This document shows positions 13,785-28,590 of a stretch of 64,000 nucleotides of DNA, one piece after another. Every line of letters starts with the position of its first letter. The first letter of the stretch is position 1. The DNA lies in the NCBI GenBank assembly GCA_030390025.1, contig CM059431.1, positions 100,194,001-100,258,000 on the forward strand, read 5' to 3'. The notes under the pieces are model-generated. The model made no database searches and was not told where the DNA came from. It saw nothing but the letters and a program-made list of their open reading frames with translations. Source of the DNA: Squalus acanthias (lineage: Eukaryota). Both the position numbers and the translations under genes were made by a program.

Positions 13785-16079
13785 TCTAGATCTTTTCATT
13801 GCTAACTGCCGGCGTGACATCGGCCGTCTCAATTTCTCTGCTCCCCTCTCTCACTCCAACCTACCTCCCTCTGAACTTGCAGCACTCTATTCCCTCAGAT
13901 CCAACCCCGACATTGTCATTAAACCTGCTGACAAGGGTGGTGCTGTTGTTGTTTGGCGTTCCGACCTCTACCTAGCGGGAGCTGAACGCCAACCCTCCGA
14001 CACCTCCTCCTACCTCCGCCTGGACCATGACCCCACTACCGAACATCAAGCCACCATTTCCAAGACCGTCACTGACCTCATCTCCTCTGGAGACCTTCCC
14101 CCCACGGCCACCAACCTCATAGTTCCCCAACCCTGTACAGCCCGCTTCTACCTCCTTCCCAAGATCTACAAACAGGACTGCCCCGGTAGACCCATCGTTT
14201 CAGCCTGTTCTTGCCCCACGGAACTTATCTCCTCCTATCTCGACTCTATTTTTTCTCCCCTTGTCCAGTGTCTTCCCACCTACAACTGCGACTCTTCCGA
14301 CGCCCTCCGCCACTTTAACAGTTTCCAGTTTCCCAGCCCCAACCGCCTCCTTTTCACTATGGACGTACAATCCCTCTACACCGCCATTCCCCACCAGGAT
14401 GGCCTGAGGGCGCTCCGCTTCTTCCTTGAACAGAGGCCCAACCAGTCCCCATCCACCACCACCCTCCTCCGCCTGGCTGAACTTGTTCTCACATTGAACA
14501 ACTTCTCCTTTGACTCCACCCATTTCCTCCAAATCAAAGGTGTTGCTATGGGTACCCGCATGGGTCCGAGCTATACCTGCCTTTTCGTGGGATATGTGGA
14601 ACACTCTTTGTTCCAGTCCTACCCCGGTCCCCTCCCTCACCTCTTTTTCCGGTGCCGTCTCCTGCTCTCGCCCTGAACTAGAACATTTCATTCACTATGC
14701 TTCCAATTTCCACCCTTGCCTCACCTTCACATGGTCCATCTCCGACTCTTCCCTCCCCTTCCTCGACTTCTCCGTCTCCATCTCTGGGGATAGGTTATTG
14801 ACTAACATTCACTACAAGCCCACTGACTCCCACAGCTACCTGGACTACACTTCCTCCCACCCCGCCTCCTGTAAGGACTCTATTCCATTCTCCCAGTTTC
14901 TCCATCTCCGCCGCATCTGCTCTGACGATGTCACCTTCCATACCAGTGCTTCCGACATGTCTTCCTTTTTCCTCAACCGAGGATTCCCCTCTACAGTGGT
15001 TGACACGGCCCTCGACCGTGTCCGTTCTATCTCCCGCACTTCTGCCCTCACCACTGCCCCTCCCTCCCGGAACCACGATAGAGTTCCCCTTGTCCTCACC
15101 TTTCACCCCACCAGCCTCCACATTCAACGGATCATCCTCCGCCATTTCTGCCACCTCCAGCGTGATCCCACCACCAAACGCATCTTCCCCTCACCTCCCC
15201 TTTCAGCATTCCACAGGGACCGCTCCCTCCGCGACACCCTAGTCCACTCCTCTACCACCCCCAGCACCCCTTCCCCTTCGCCCGGCATCTTCCCGTGCAA
15301 GCGCAGGAGATGCAACACATGCCCTTATACCTCCCCCCTTCCCACTGTCCAGGGCCCCAAACACCCCTTCCAGGTGAAACAGCGATTTACTTGTACTTCT
15401 TGCAATTTAGTATACTGTATTCGCTGCTCACGATGTGGTCTCCTCTACATTGGGGAGACCAAACGCAGATTGGGTGACCGCTTTGCGGAACACCTCCGTT
15501 CAGTCCGTAAGGGGGACCCCGAGCTCCCGGTGGCCTGTCACTTTAATTCTCCGCTCCACTCCCACTCTGACCTCACCGTCCTCGGCCTCTTGCATTGTTC
15601 CACGGAAGCTCAGCGTAAACTCGAGGAATAGCACCTCATCTTTCGATTAGGCACTTTACAGCCTTCTGGACTCAATATCGAGTTCAACAATTTTAGATCA
15701 TAACCTCGGCCCCTATCACAATTATATTTTATTTTTTCATCCACCCTTTTGTTTGGCCCCCCCTTTTTTTTTCCTCCCAGAAGCTGGCAGCTGTCCTTCA
15801 TTCTGCCAGTGCATTTCACACTTCATTTAGCCTCAACCTGTTACATCAACACCTCCTCTCGCCTTGATTATCTCTTAATGTCTCTCAATGTCTCTTAATC
15901 TCTCCTTTTGTTCTTTCATCCCCTCCCCCTTTTCCCAGCTTTATACTTGCTTTAAACCTATTTCATTTCCTGCTTTTTTCCAGTTCTGACGAAAGGTTTT
16001 CGACCTGAAACGTTAACTCTGTTTCTCTCTCCACGGATGCTGCCTGGCCTGCTGAGTTTTTCCAGCGTTTTCTGTTGTT
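13785..16079 (+). mobile_element. Penelope-like retroelement (probably Neptune clade), 5'-truncated and inactivated; RT plus GIY-YIG endonuclease
   Basis: RT motifs KPADKGG, LPKIYK..PGRPIVS, MDVQSLYT, GVAMGTRMGP; Cys linker CKRRRCNTC; GIY-YIG VYCIRCSRCGLLYIGETKR; frameshift near 14652, premature TAG 15629-15631, native stop 15701-15703; flanked by the direct repeat atttccaaagttcaga (13769-13784, 16080-16095). Confidence 0.93.
15981..16020 (+). ncRNA. Putative minimal type I hammerhead ribozyme at the Penelope 3' end
   Basis: AGUU-CUGACGA-A-AGGU(UUUCG)ACCU-GAAACGUU-AACU: both core boxes, 4-bp stem II, stem I AGUU/AACU, palindromic AACGUU stem III region. Confidence 0.65.
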
Positions 16080-17260
16080 ATTTCCAAAGTTCAGACCCGT
16101 CGAACAGACAACACGAACCCCAATGAATCTGTGAAACCTCTTTTACTTAAAAATCAGCAAGAGATTACAAGCAAGCATCCGACAGTTATGTAGCGTATAA
16201 TAATCCCAAATTATACCGCGGCATACACCGAGCGATCCCTTTGCTTTAAGCTCCACCAAAACACCACCTACGGACTAACAGCAGTGAGTGGGCAATCCGG
16301 CAGTGACTAGACGTATGATATCTGGCAACTGACCGGGTCGCCCGGCTGCAGCAGCGAGAAGTCTTGAAACAACAGCACCTTTTATACCCCAAAGATTTGG
16401 CAACCCTCCCACTGCGTCTGTGTCCCTAACTGTACGGCATCATGGTCGGCAGTTGTTTCCCAGACCCTCTCATCACTAGTCCGCTCGGCATCCGTGGGCC
16501 TTCAAGGTGACATCCCAAAGTCTGAAGATGTTTCCACAGTTCAGTAGTCTGTTCCCGCAGGACTCTCAAAGCATGCTTTCCTTATCTTGGTAAAAGGCAG
16601 CTGGCAGCCTTTCACAGCTTACAGCCGGAACAGTTCGATTAGTAAAGTTCTGTTCCCAAGGTCGTCTTTATCTGTCAACGGTTTTCGTTCAAAAGCTCTC
16701 ACGGGAACCTCTCGACTATACGGTAACCTGTTTAATTTATCATGAGCCATTTTATAATAAACTGAAATTTCCATATCTTACATAGAGTTTACAGCATAGA
16801 AAGAGGCCATTTTCCCCAACTGGCTCCGTGCTGGTGTTACTGCTCCACTCAAGCCTCCTCCCACCCCTCTTCATCTCACACCATCAGCGTATCCTTCTAT
16901 TCCTTTCTCCCTCATGTGTTTATCCAGCTTCCCCTTAAATGCATCTCTGCTATTCGCCTCAACCACTCCCTGTGGTAGCGAGTTCCACATTCTCACCACT
17001 CTCTGGATAAAGAACTTTCTCCCGAATTTCCTATTGGATTTATTAGTGACTATCTTATATTGATGGCCCTAGTTCTGGTCTCCCCCACAAGTGGAAACAT
17101 CTTCTCTACGTCTACCCTATCGAACCCCTTCCATAATTTTAAAGACCTCTATCGGGAAATCTCTCGGTCTTATATTTTCTAACAAAGTAAGAGAGCCCCA
17201 GCCCGTTCAGTCTTTCTAATACAGTTGAACACACGTTTGCATATTATAGTTTGAAAATAG

Positions 17261-17575
<315 letters not shown>

Positions 17576-17946
17576 TAACCGCAGCAATTATTAATGACAT
17601 TCTTACAAAAAAAAAACAAGGTTGATTTCTCCAAAAATTGCTCAGAAAGCGCAGAGACTGTTATTGCAAACTGTTTGCCCTTTCCGTCGGAACAATATTG
17701 CAGCAATTGATTTTCAGAAAATTGCCTGATGCCTTTGGAAATGTCACGAATTTGAAAGAATTTTCACCACCTCGGGACCTCCCCCGGCGCTTTACAACCA
17801 ATGAAGTACTTTTTTTTAAAGTGCAGTCGCTGTTGTAATGCAGGAAACGCGGCAGCCAATTTGCGCACAGCAAGCTCCCAGAAAGAGCGGTGAGATAATG
17901 ACCCAGATCACCTGTTTTGAGTGATTTCGGTTGCGGGATGAATATT

Positions 17947-18583
17947 GGACCTCACATTGCGGGCGGAGGCTTCCCGCGGGCGAATGCCTCCGATCCGCAA
18001 GAAAAGTACGCAGCTACCCGGCGCCTCCGTATCTTTGACCCGCGTAAAGGCCCACGGATCCCGGGGCCCGACCAATCGCAAAGGGCGATTCCAATGTGCT
18101 TACGGGGATTCCATTTCCGTACGGAATCCCCATGAGCAGAACAGGAATCACATTAAAAACACAATTGCACACAAGCTGAATAAAAAATAAATCATCACAT
18201 GTTCTAAATTAATTAAAATACAATTTCGTTAAACATTTAGAACAAAAATTTAATTTTTTGAAAAATAAATTTAAACATTTTTAAAGGGGCCAAAAAATAA
18301 CCTAAACTAACTTTGAAGGTTTCTGAATGTTTAAAAAAATTTATTTTAATATTTATTTAAACCCTTACGCTGGTAAAGGAAGGCCCCGTGCCTGCTTTTA
18401 CCAGGCGTAAGAGTTTCGTGGGCATTCGCCGGGCAGTAGTTGGGCAAATAGCACCGACTCCCCGCCAGCAGATTCCCTTTTCCCAGGGATGCAGATGATG
18501 TGTCGAGCTGAAACTTGACAGATCGCAGGTTCCGGGTTTTCGCGCATGTGCATCGCACACGGAGACCCGGGACTTGTGGGGCC
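17947..18583 (+). mobile_element. MITE family A-related copy inside a SINE
   Basis: Degenerate TIRs, ATT on both flanks, shared internal motifs. Confidence 0.72.
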
Positions 18584-18704
18584 ATTAACCCAGGACGCTG
18601 GGGAGAAGGCCCTGCTCTTCCTCGAAGTAGTGCCGTGGGATCTTTTACGTTCACCTGAGAGAGTAGACGGGGTCTCAGTTTAACATCTCATCTGAAATAC
18701 GACA

Positions 18705-19165
18705 CCTCCGACAGCGCGGCGCTCCCTCAGTACTGCCCCTCCGACAGCGCGGCGCTCCCTCAGTGCTGCCCCTCCGACAGTGCGGCGCTCCCTCAGTACT
18801 GCCCCTCCGACAGTGCGGCGCTCCCTCAGTACTGCCCCTCCGACAGTGCGGCGCTCCCTCAGTACTGCCCCTCCGACAGTGCGGCGCTCCCTCAGTACTG
18901 CCCCTCTGACAGTGCGGCGCTCCCTCAGTACTGCCCCTCCGACAGTGCGGCGCTCCCTCAGTACTGCCCTTCCGACAGTGCGGCGCTCCCTCAGTACTGC
19001 CCCTCCGACAGTGCGGCACTCCCTCAGTACTGCCCCTCCGACAGTGCGGCGCTCCCTCAGTACTGCCCCTCCGACAGTGCGGCGCTCCCTCAGTACTGCC
19101 CCTCCGACAGTGCGGCGCTCCCTCAGTACTGCCCCTCCGACAGTGCGGCGCTCCCTCAGTACTGC
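18705..19165. repeat. 33-bp minisatellite, about 14 units, inside a SINE
   Basis: Unit cctccgacagtgcggcgctccctcagtactgcc. Confidence 0.97.
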
Positions 19166-19472
19166 ACTGGGAGTGTCGGCATGGATTTTGTGTTCAAGTC
19201 TCTGGAGCGGGACTTTCAAAAGACTGCCATGGTCATAGCTCATATGGTACGTGACTCTTTCTGCAGATACAGTGTCAAACTAAAATATGGTAATATGGAG
19301 GAAAATCTAGCTCAGTGTCACTGCCAAAGTTGACGAGCAGCAATGGAGGTGAAGCGACAGTTTAGCTGTGCCTCCATTGACGAGCAGCAAGACAGAACCG
19401 CATTAACTGCCTGTTCTAGATTTCCAGCAATTGCTGGTTTAGCCTCCCTCTTATAATTGTGGTTATTTTCAG

Positions 19473-19546
19473 TTGCGAAGATCAGTTTCCAGCATCCGTG
19501 CCAGAAATCTTCTCGAAAAGGAAAATGCAATAACTAAAATCCTCAG
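19473..19546 (+). CDS. NALCN: NALCN coding exon 3 of 18
   Basis: ttttcag|TTG CGA...CTC AG|gtaag; 74 nt; LRRSVSSIRARNLLEKENAITKIL(R). Confidence 0.95.
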
Positions 19547-19914
19547 GTAAGATTTATCGAGCAACGGAATAATTTAATTTAACTGTTTAGTGTTACCTGG
19601 ATATGTATTATTAAAAATCTTCCGTATGACGCGCACTTCCTTACCACATTTTTGAGTTGCACTTTTTACGGGAACATTTGACGTTGGAATTTAAATATTT
19701 ATACTGGAAAACCACCATGGGATCACAGCAACATTTCACCATCACGGTTTCTTGATATCTTCAATCACTAAAAATGCTTTTTTTGAGAGTTTTTAGTTGC
19801 CATTTTTTTTCAGTAACTAAAATTCTGAGCACCATTTTCCCTCTCCCACTCCCTGATGGGTGCCAGACAGGAACTAAGTCCGCACCAACAACAACTTACA
19901 TTTATATAAAGAAA

Positions 19915-20957
19915 AGACAGAAAGACTTGCATTTATATAGCGCCTTTCATCCCAAAGCGCTTTACAGCCAATGAAGTACTTTTTTGAAGTGTAGTCACTG
20001 TTGTAATGTAGGAAATGCGGCATCCAATTTGCACACAGCAAGCTCCCACAAACAGCAATGTGACAATGACCAGATAATCTGTTTTTTTAGTGATGTTGAT
20101 TGAGGGATAAATATTGGCCCAGGACACCGGGGTTAACTCCCCTGCTCTCCTTCGAAATAGTGCCATGGGATCTTCTACGTCCACCTGAGAGGGCAGACGG
20201 GGCCTCGGTTTAACGTCTCATCCGAAAGACGGCACCTCTGACAGTGCGGCGTTCTCTCAGTACTGCCCCTCCGACAGTGCAGCACTCCCTCAGTACTGCC
20301 CCTCCGACAGTGCAGTACTGCCCCTCCGACAGTGCAGTACTCCCTCAGTACTGCCCCTCCGACAGTGCAGTACTCCCTCAGTACTGCCCCTCCGACAGTG
20401 CGGCGCTCCCTCAGTACTGCCCCTCCGACAGTGCAGCGCTACCTCAGTACTGCCCCTCCGACAGTGCAGCACTCCCTCAGTACCGCCCCTCCGACAGTGC
20501 AGTACTCCCTCAGTACTGCCCCTCCGACAGTGCGGCGCTCCCTCAGGACTGCCCCTCCGACAGTGCAGTACTCCCTCAGTACTGCCCCTCCGACAGTGTG
20601 GCGCTCCCTCAGTACTGCCCCTCCGACAGTGCAGCGCTCCCTCAGTACTGCCCCTCCGACAGTGTGGCGCTCCCTCAGTACCACCCCTCCGACAGTGCAG
20701 TACTCCCTCAGTACTGCCCCTCCGACAGTGCAGTACTCCCTCAGTACTGCCCCTCCGACAGTGTGGCGCTCCCTCAGTACTGCCCCTCCGACAGTGCGGC
20801 GCTCCCTCAGTACTGCCCCTCCGACAGTGCGGCGCTCCCTCAGTACTGCACTGGGAGTGTCAGCCTGGATTTTGTGCTCAAGTCTCTGGAGTGGGACTTG
20901 AACCCACGACCTTCTGACTCAGAGGCGAGCGTGCTGCCCAGTGAGCCACTTCTGACA
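19915..20957 (-). mobile_element. Full-length Deu-domain SINE with internal 33-bp array
   Basis: Reverse-complement tail, Deu core, array 20235-20849, tRNA-like head (gggacttgaaccc...gagccac). Confidence 0.87.
20235..20849. repeat. 33-bp minisatellite, about 19 units (one shortened), inside a SINE
   Basis: Same unit with point variants. Confidence 0.97.
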
Positions 20958-21630
20958 GACCGCCTTTTAATGTACGAAACGTCACGATTCGCTGCACGGG
21001 GTCTAATCCCCATTTAGTTGTCCCCATCCCTTTAAATTTTACTTGCACATAATTTTCCCCCCTCTCGATGCTAGTGCGCTTCTGAAATCTGGATCTGCCG
21101 TCAACGATTCTGTAAATGAGCTGACGTCAGAAAAATGAGTGTTCTTCGCGCACGAACTTACAGGCAGGATTTGCACCAGTTCTTAACCACTTGTGGTGAA
21201 AAGTCAGCCCACCGTCTGAAGCAGAACCTTTCTGAAAGAAGAGATTCCTGTCTGTGGTGCGGCAGAGAACACAGATCATTCTAAGCTCCTTTTTTCCTTT
21301 TGCCATTGGCAGAATCTGGGAGCGTTTTCATTACATGCGATGCTTTGTTGGAGTTAAATGTGAAACATGAAGCATAAAAGCACTACAGCTGCTCAATGAG
21401 CATTTAATTAAATCAATAAAAACACAGCACATTCATCACCTGCTCACACATTAATAATACTCTTCAGATTTCATTCTAACAGTCGTAAATTTATTAAAAG
21501 GCACATACAAAAGATTAATATTTTGACCCGCAGCGTGAAAATTGCAATAATGTTTTTTTGGAAACTCTAGGACTGGTTGACAATACCTCCGTACATGACA
21601 TCCTGTCTAATAAAATTGTAACAGTCATCA

Positions 21631-22605
<975 letters not shown>

Positions 22606-23513
22606 TAACAGTGCAGACTCATTAAAGGCTCCAGCTAAAATACGCGAGAAGAAGTCCATTTAAACTTCAGGTGGATTTTGAGTCAACATTTAGTTGTATG
22701 AATGTCGGAGATTGCTAATCCAAAATACTTGTCGTGTTTCTTAATGAAAATCGTTAAAGCCACTTTAGGTACCGGTCAGCACAGTGGGTTAGCTTGTAGA
22801 TCATAGACTTGAATCACTAATAAATCCGATAGGGAATTCAGGAGAAACTTCTTCACCCAGAGAGTGGTGAGAATGTGGAACCTGCTACCACAGGGAGTGG
22901 TTGAGGCGAATAGCAGAGATGCATTTAAGGGGAAGCTGGATAAACACATGAGGGAGAAAGGAATCGAAGGATATGCTGATAGGGTGAGATGAAGAGGGGT
23001 GGGAGGAGGCTGGTGTGGAACATAAACACCGGCACGCACCAGTTGGGCCGAATGGCCTGTTTCTGTGCTGGAGAATTCGATGTAAATTCGATGTAAGCTA
23101 CGTGCAGAATGTCATTGAGGAAATTTGGGACAAAATTTGCAGCCGCCTTTCTGGGCAAAGAGTGTTGTATGTTTGGAACTGTGAAGGAAGGGACAACAGC
23201 AGACAACAACTTTATAAAAAGTAATGCATACCAATGGTGACTCTGACACTTTTAAGATCAGTTTCCAAATGCAGTATTTCAAGTATATCAATCGTTGTTG
23301 GGACTGGTGTTGATGTTAGAATTGCATTCTTTTTAAATTATGTTTTAAGAACACACACACTTTATAATGTACCGCTGCTCCCTGCACAAGCTGTTATAAT
23401 ATCAGGAATCTGCAATTATATATTTAAAACAAAATGTAATTTTGTGCTTACTTTTTCATTTCCGCATTTTTAATCACTCGGTTTATATCTGTAACGTGAA
23501 GGTGTTCACTTGA

Positions 23514-23726
<213 letters not shown>

Positions 23727-23741
23727 TAACAACAAGATAAT

Positions 23742-25250
23742 GGGCCATATTTTCCTGTTGAAATAGCGGTGAGGCTAATGGCGCTCGCCGTTATTTACGC
23801 CTAAATGGTACAGGAACTTCAGGCGAGGGGCAGATGCACGGTTAAACGCAGAAATACGAGTTGTGCCACTCCGCCGTAAGCTTCACGAAAACCACATCTC
23901 GCTGCCTGGCCCACCTTTGACGCGTATTGAACGCCGTGAAATTCCTGTACTTGGACTGTAGAAACAGACGAAACGCTCCACAGAAAGTTCAGGATTGTCC
24001 ATGTCAGTCTAAGTACCCTTTTAACAGCGCGATAAGTCTTGATTGCTGCCAAAAAATCTCTCTAGAGCTGAACTTTTACAAGTGTGGAGTCTCATTCCTT
24101 CAACTTTTAATTGTTGCCGATTTTGAAAATGTAAAATTTTAATTTAAAGTCTTTTTTTTTTTACTTTTCCTTTCTGTCTCTTTATTCTCTCTCTCTCTCT
24201 CTCTCCTAATCAAATCTTTCTTTCCCTCTCTTTATTTGTCTTTCTGTACCTGATTTGACATTGGCCTAGAAATTCGCGTGGCCGGCTTGCCGCGGGGGTA
24301 AGGATCGCGCGCGCTCTTACCCACCGCGCCTGCCGTTGTGTTTTGGGCCCACAGGAACTTCGGGTCCCGGGCCTCTCCCTAGTGCCGGCGCGCAGTGCTT
24401 GCGTGTCCCAGGGGCGCAGTTAGTGCGATGCGACCCCTGGGATCACGTGGGCCATGGAGAGCCAATGGCAGCAGACCATCTTTCATTCATAGGTTTGACA
24501 GACCTGTCAAACCTGTGAATTGAAATCGGTCCCAAAAGAACAGCTAAACCTCAAATAAAAATTTTTTTTAAAAACATCACATTTATAAAATAACTATAGT
24601 TAAATAAATTAACCACTTTAATCAAAAATTTACATTTTTGAAAAAATTAAAATACTTTTTAAATGTTATAAAAATAAACTTACCTTTCTTTAAAGTATCT
24701 AAAAAAGATAAACCTGTTGAAAAAAATTAAAAATTATACTTAATTAACTACTTACCTTGTTCAAAAGGGGTCTTATGCCTGCTTTTTACTAGCGTAGTAT
24801 CTTCAATACTTACCCTCGCGTAGAAACCTGAAAAAAAATCTAAGTGTCACCTAGGAACCGCCCCCTTCACCATACCGGAAGTGCCGGTTTCCCGCGCATG
24901 CGCAGTGCATGCAGGAAACCGGCACTTCGGGAATGAATACGGGTGAGTACGCACTGAGTACTCACCCGAGAACGGCCGAATTTTTGAGCCATTGAATTCA
25001 CCCTCTCTAATTCACCCTCCTTCTCGAGTACTTGCGCGTTTAAATGAGCAATCCTTCGACCTGATTGGTTGAGGAGCTACCCTGTTGCTTGCCCGGTTCA
25101 CTGGGGTCCCGGTTTCCCCATCGCTGCGACGTTATCAGCTCGCACTTTCAGCAACCTGCCACGCAAAAAATTAAAAAACCTAACCGTGCGAGGGCGAGTC
25201 TAACTAATGGCAGACGCTGTTAGATGCCCTGCCACAGCAAAATCTGGCCC
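23742..25250 (+). mobile_element. MITE family B with nested family A copy
   Basis: TIR gggccatattttcctgt/acagcaaaatctggccc; AAT target duplication on both sides. Confidence 0.82.
24263..24990 (+). mobile_element. MITE family A copy nested in a family B MITE
   Basis: TIR ggcctagaaattcg/cgaatttttgagcc; ATT duplication (gacatt|...|attgaa). Confidence 0.87.
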
Positions 25251-25396
25251 AATATTAGCATCAGTGCTACTCAAATTACATCCAGAAACTTCGATTTTGT
25301 TCTCAGTTACTGCCGTAACCCTGGCTCCTTATTTTAGGCTTTTGGCAGCGTAATCCTCTCAATGCATGGAATGAACTTCTAACTTCTCTCACCTAG

Positions 25397-25489
<93 letters not shown>

Positions 25490-25531
25490 TAACTGTGCTG
25501 ACCTCTGCTAACATTTTCCGCTCTGCGTTAG

Positions 25532-26932
<1,401 letters not shown>

Positions 26933-26970
26933 GCAAAAGAAAATGTATTCCTATGTGGTCAGGTTTTATT

Positions 26971-27718
26971 CGCCTAGAATTTGCTGGAAAAGTAAGGGCG
27001 GATTTAATGGCGCTCGCCGTTATTGACGTGCGAATCGTCCGGCAACTTGTGGCGAGGGAGAGATTCCCCCATGAGTTGCGAATCGCCACGAGTTGCCGGA
27101 CGATTTGCGCCGCTCCGCTCGTTAGCCTCGCGATAACGGCAGCTCGCCCGCAACCTCCCCACGAGTTTCAGGAAATTGCTGGATTTGCACCGTAAATATT
27201 TAGGGCGGGTATTTCATGTCGTAAGTACCCTGTTACTGATGTGATTCATGGTCCTGACGTGAAACTCAACCTTGGAGACTCCGAAAGGGAACAATTGAAA
27301 CTGTGGCGTCTCACTCCCACAGGTAGTAAATTGTTCCTAGAGGTTTTTTAAATGTTAATTTTTTTTAAGTTCTTACTTTTCCTTTCTGTCTCTTTTTTTC
27401 TCTCTCTCTTAATCCAATCTTTCTTTCCCTCTCTTTATTTCTCTTTCTGTACCTGATTTGACTCTAATTCACTCTCTTTCTTTCTCCGTCGTTCCTCTGT
27501 TTCTTTCTCAATCCTTTAATCTCATGGGTTAAGGAGATAGACTGTTGGTCCCGTCGTTCACCGAGGTCCCAGATGCTCCGTTGCCCTCACCGCCCCGTTA
27601 TCAGCTCGCACTCCCAGCAAGATACAGGGCCAAAAAAGAATACGATCTGAAGGGTGAGGGAATAAATCCAATTCACGGCGCTTGCCACGAGATGCCCCAT
27701 TCCAGCAAATTCTGGGCC
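26971..27718 (+). mobile_element. MITE family B copy
   Basis: TIR gcctagaatttgctggaa/ttccagcaaattctgggc; flanks att/aat; shares aatggcgctcgccgttatt and the pyrimidine-rich centre with 23742-25250. Confidence 0.82.
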
Positions 27719-28315
27719 AATGCATTATTTATCCAGCCTCGATCTCTTTTTCATAATTTCATTGTTAATACATGGTCACATTTGGGAGAAAGTTTGACGA
27801 GACAAATTCAAGCAGTATACTAAAGACCTCATGCGCATCAGCAGGTCAAACAACTTAGACTTAAATTATGAGGGCAGAAGTTGTTGGCTTCTGCTGCTGC
27901 CATGGAGCCTTGCAGTTTCGTCCCTATACTACAACAGCAATTTATACAGCGCCTTTAACATAGTAAAACGTCCCAAGGCGCTTCACAAGAGCGTTATCGG
28001 GCAAAATAGAAGATAGGAGCAGGAGTAGGCCATTCAGCCCCTCGAGCCTGCTCCGCCATTCAATGAGATCATGGCTGATCATCCAAATTCAGTACCCTGT
28101 CCCTGCCTTCTCCCCATATCCCTTGATCCCTTTAGCTTTAAGAAATATATCTGTGATAAATATATAAATGTGACACCGAGCCGCATAAAGAGATATTAGG
28201 ACAGGTGACCACAAGCTTGGTCGAAGAGGTAGGTTTTAAGGAGCATCTTAAAGGAGGAGAGAGTGGCGGAGAGGTTTAGGGAGGGAATTCCAGAGCTTGG
28301 GGCCTAGGCAGCTGA

Positions 28316-28590
<275 letters not shown>

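Larger units (their letters stand above)
13729..16782 (-). mobile_element. Probable solo LTR of about 740 bp, split by the Penelope insertion (13729-13784 plus 16096-16782)
   Basis: TG...CA ends with inverted repeat tgtaagacatg/catatcttaca; minus-strand TATAAAA at 16380-16386 followed downstream by AGTAAA at 16142-16147; no TSD seen. Confidence 0.55.
17757..19212 (-). mobile_element. Deu-domain SINE carrying a 33-bp array and split by a MITE
   Basis: Tail 17757-17946, MITE 17947-18583, core and array 18588-19212. Confidence 0.8.

Noticed and set aside
18705..20849. CRISPR-like appearance of about 33-bp palindromic repeats
   Set aside because: Units are head-to-tail with no unique spacers, there are no cas genes, and the context is a vertebrate intron.
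21121..21130. CRE palindrome ctgacgtcag
   Set aside because: A single 8-10 bp word is expected by chance in 64 kb; no supporting context.
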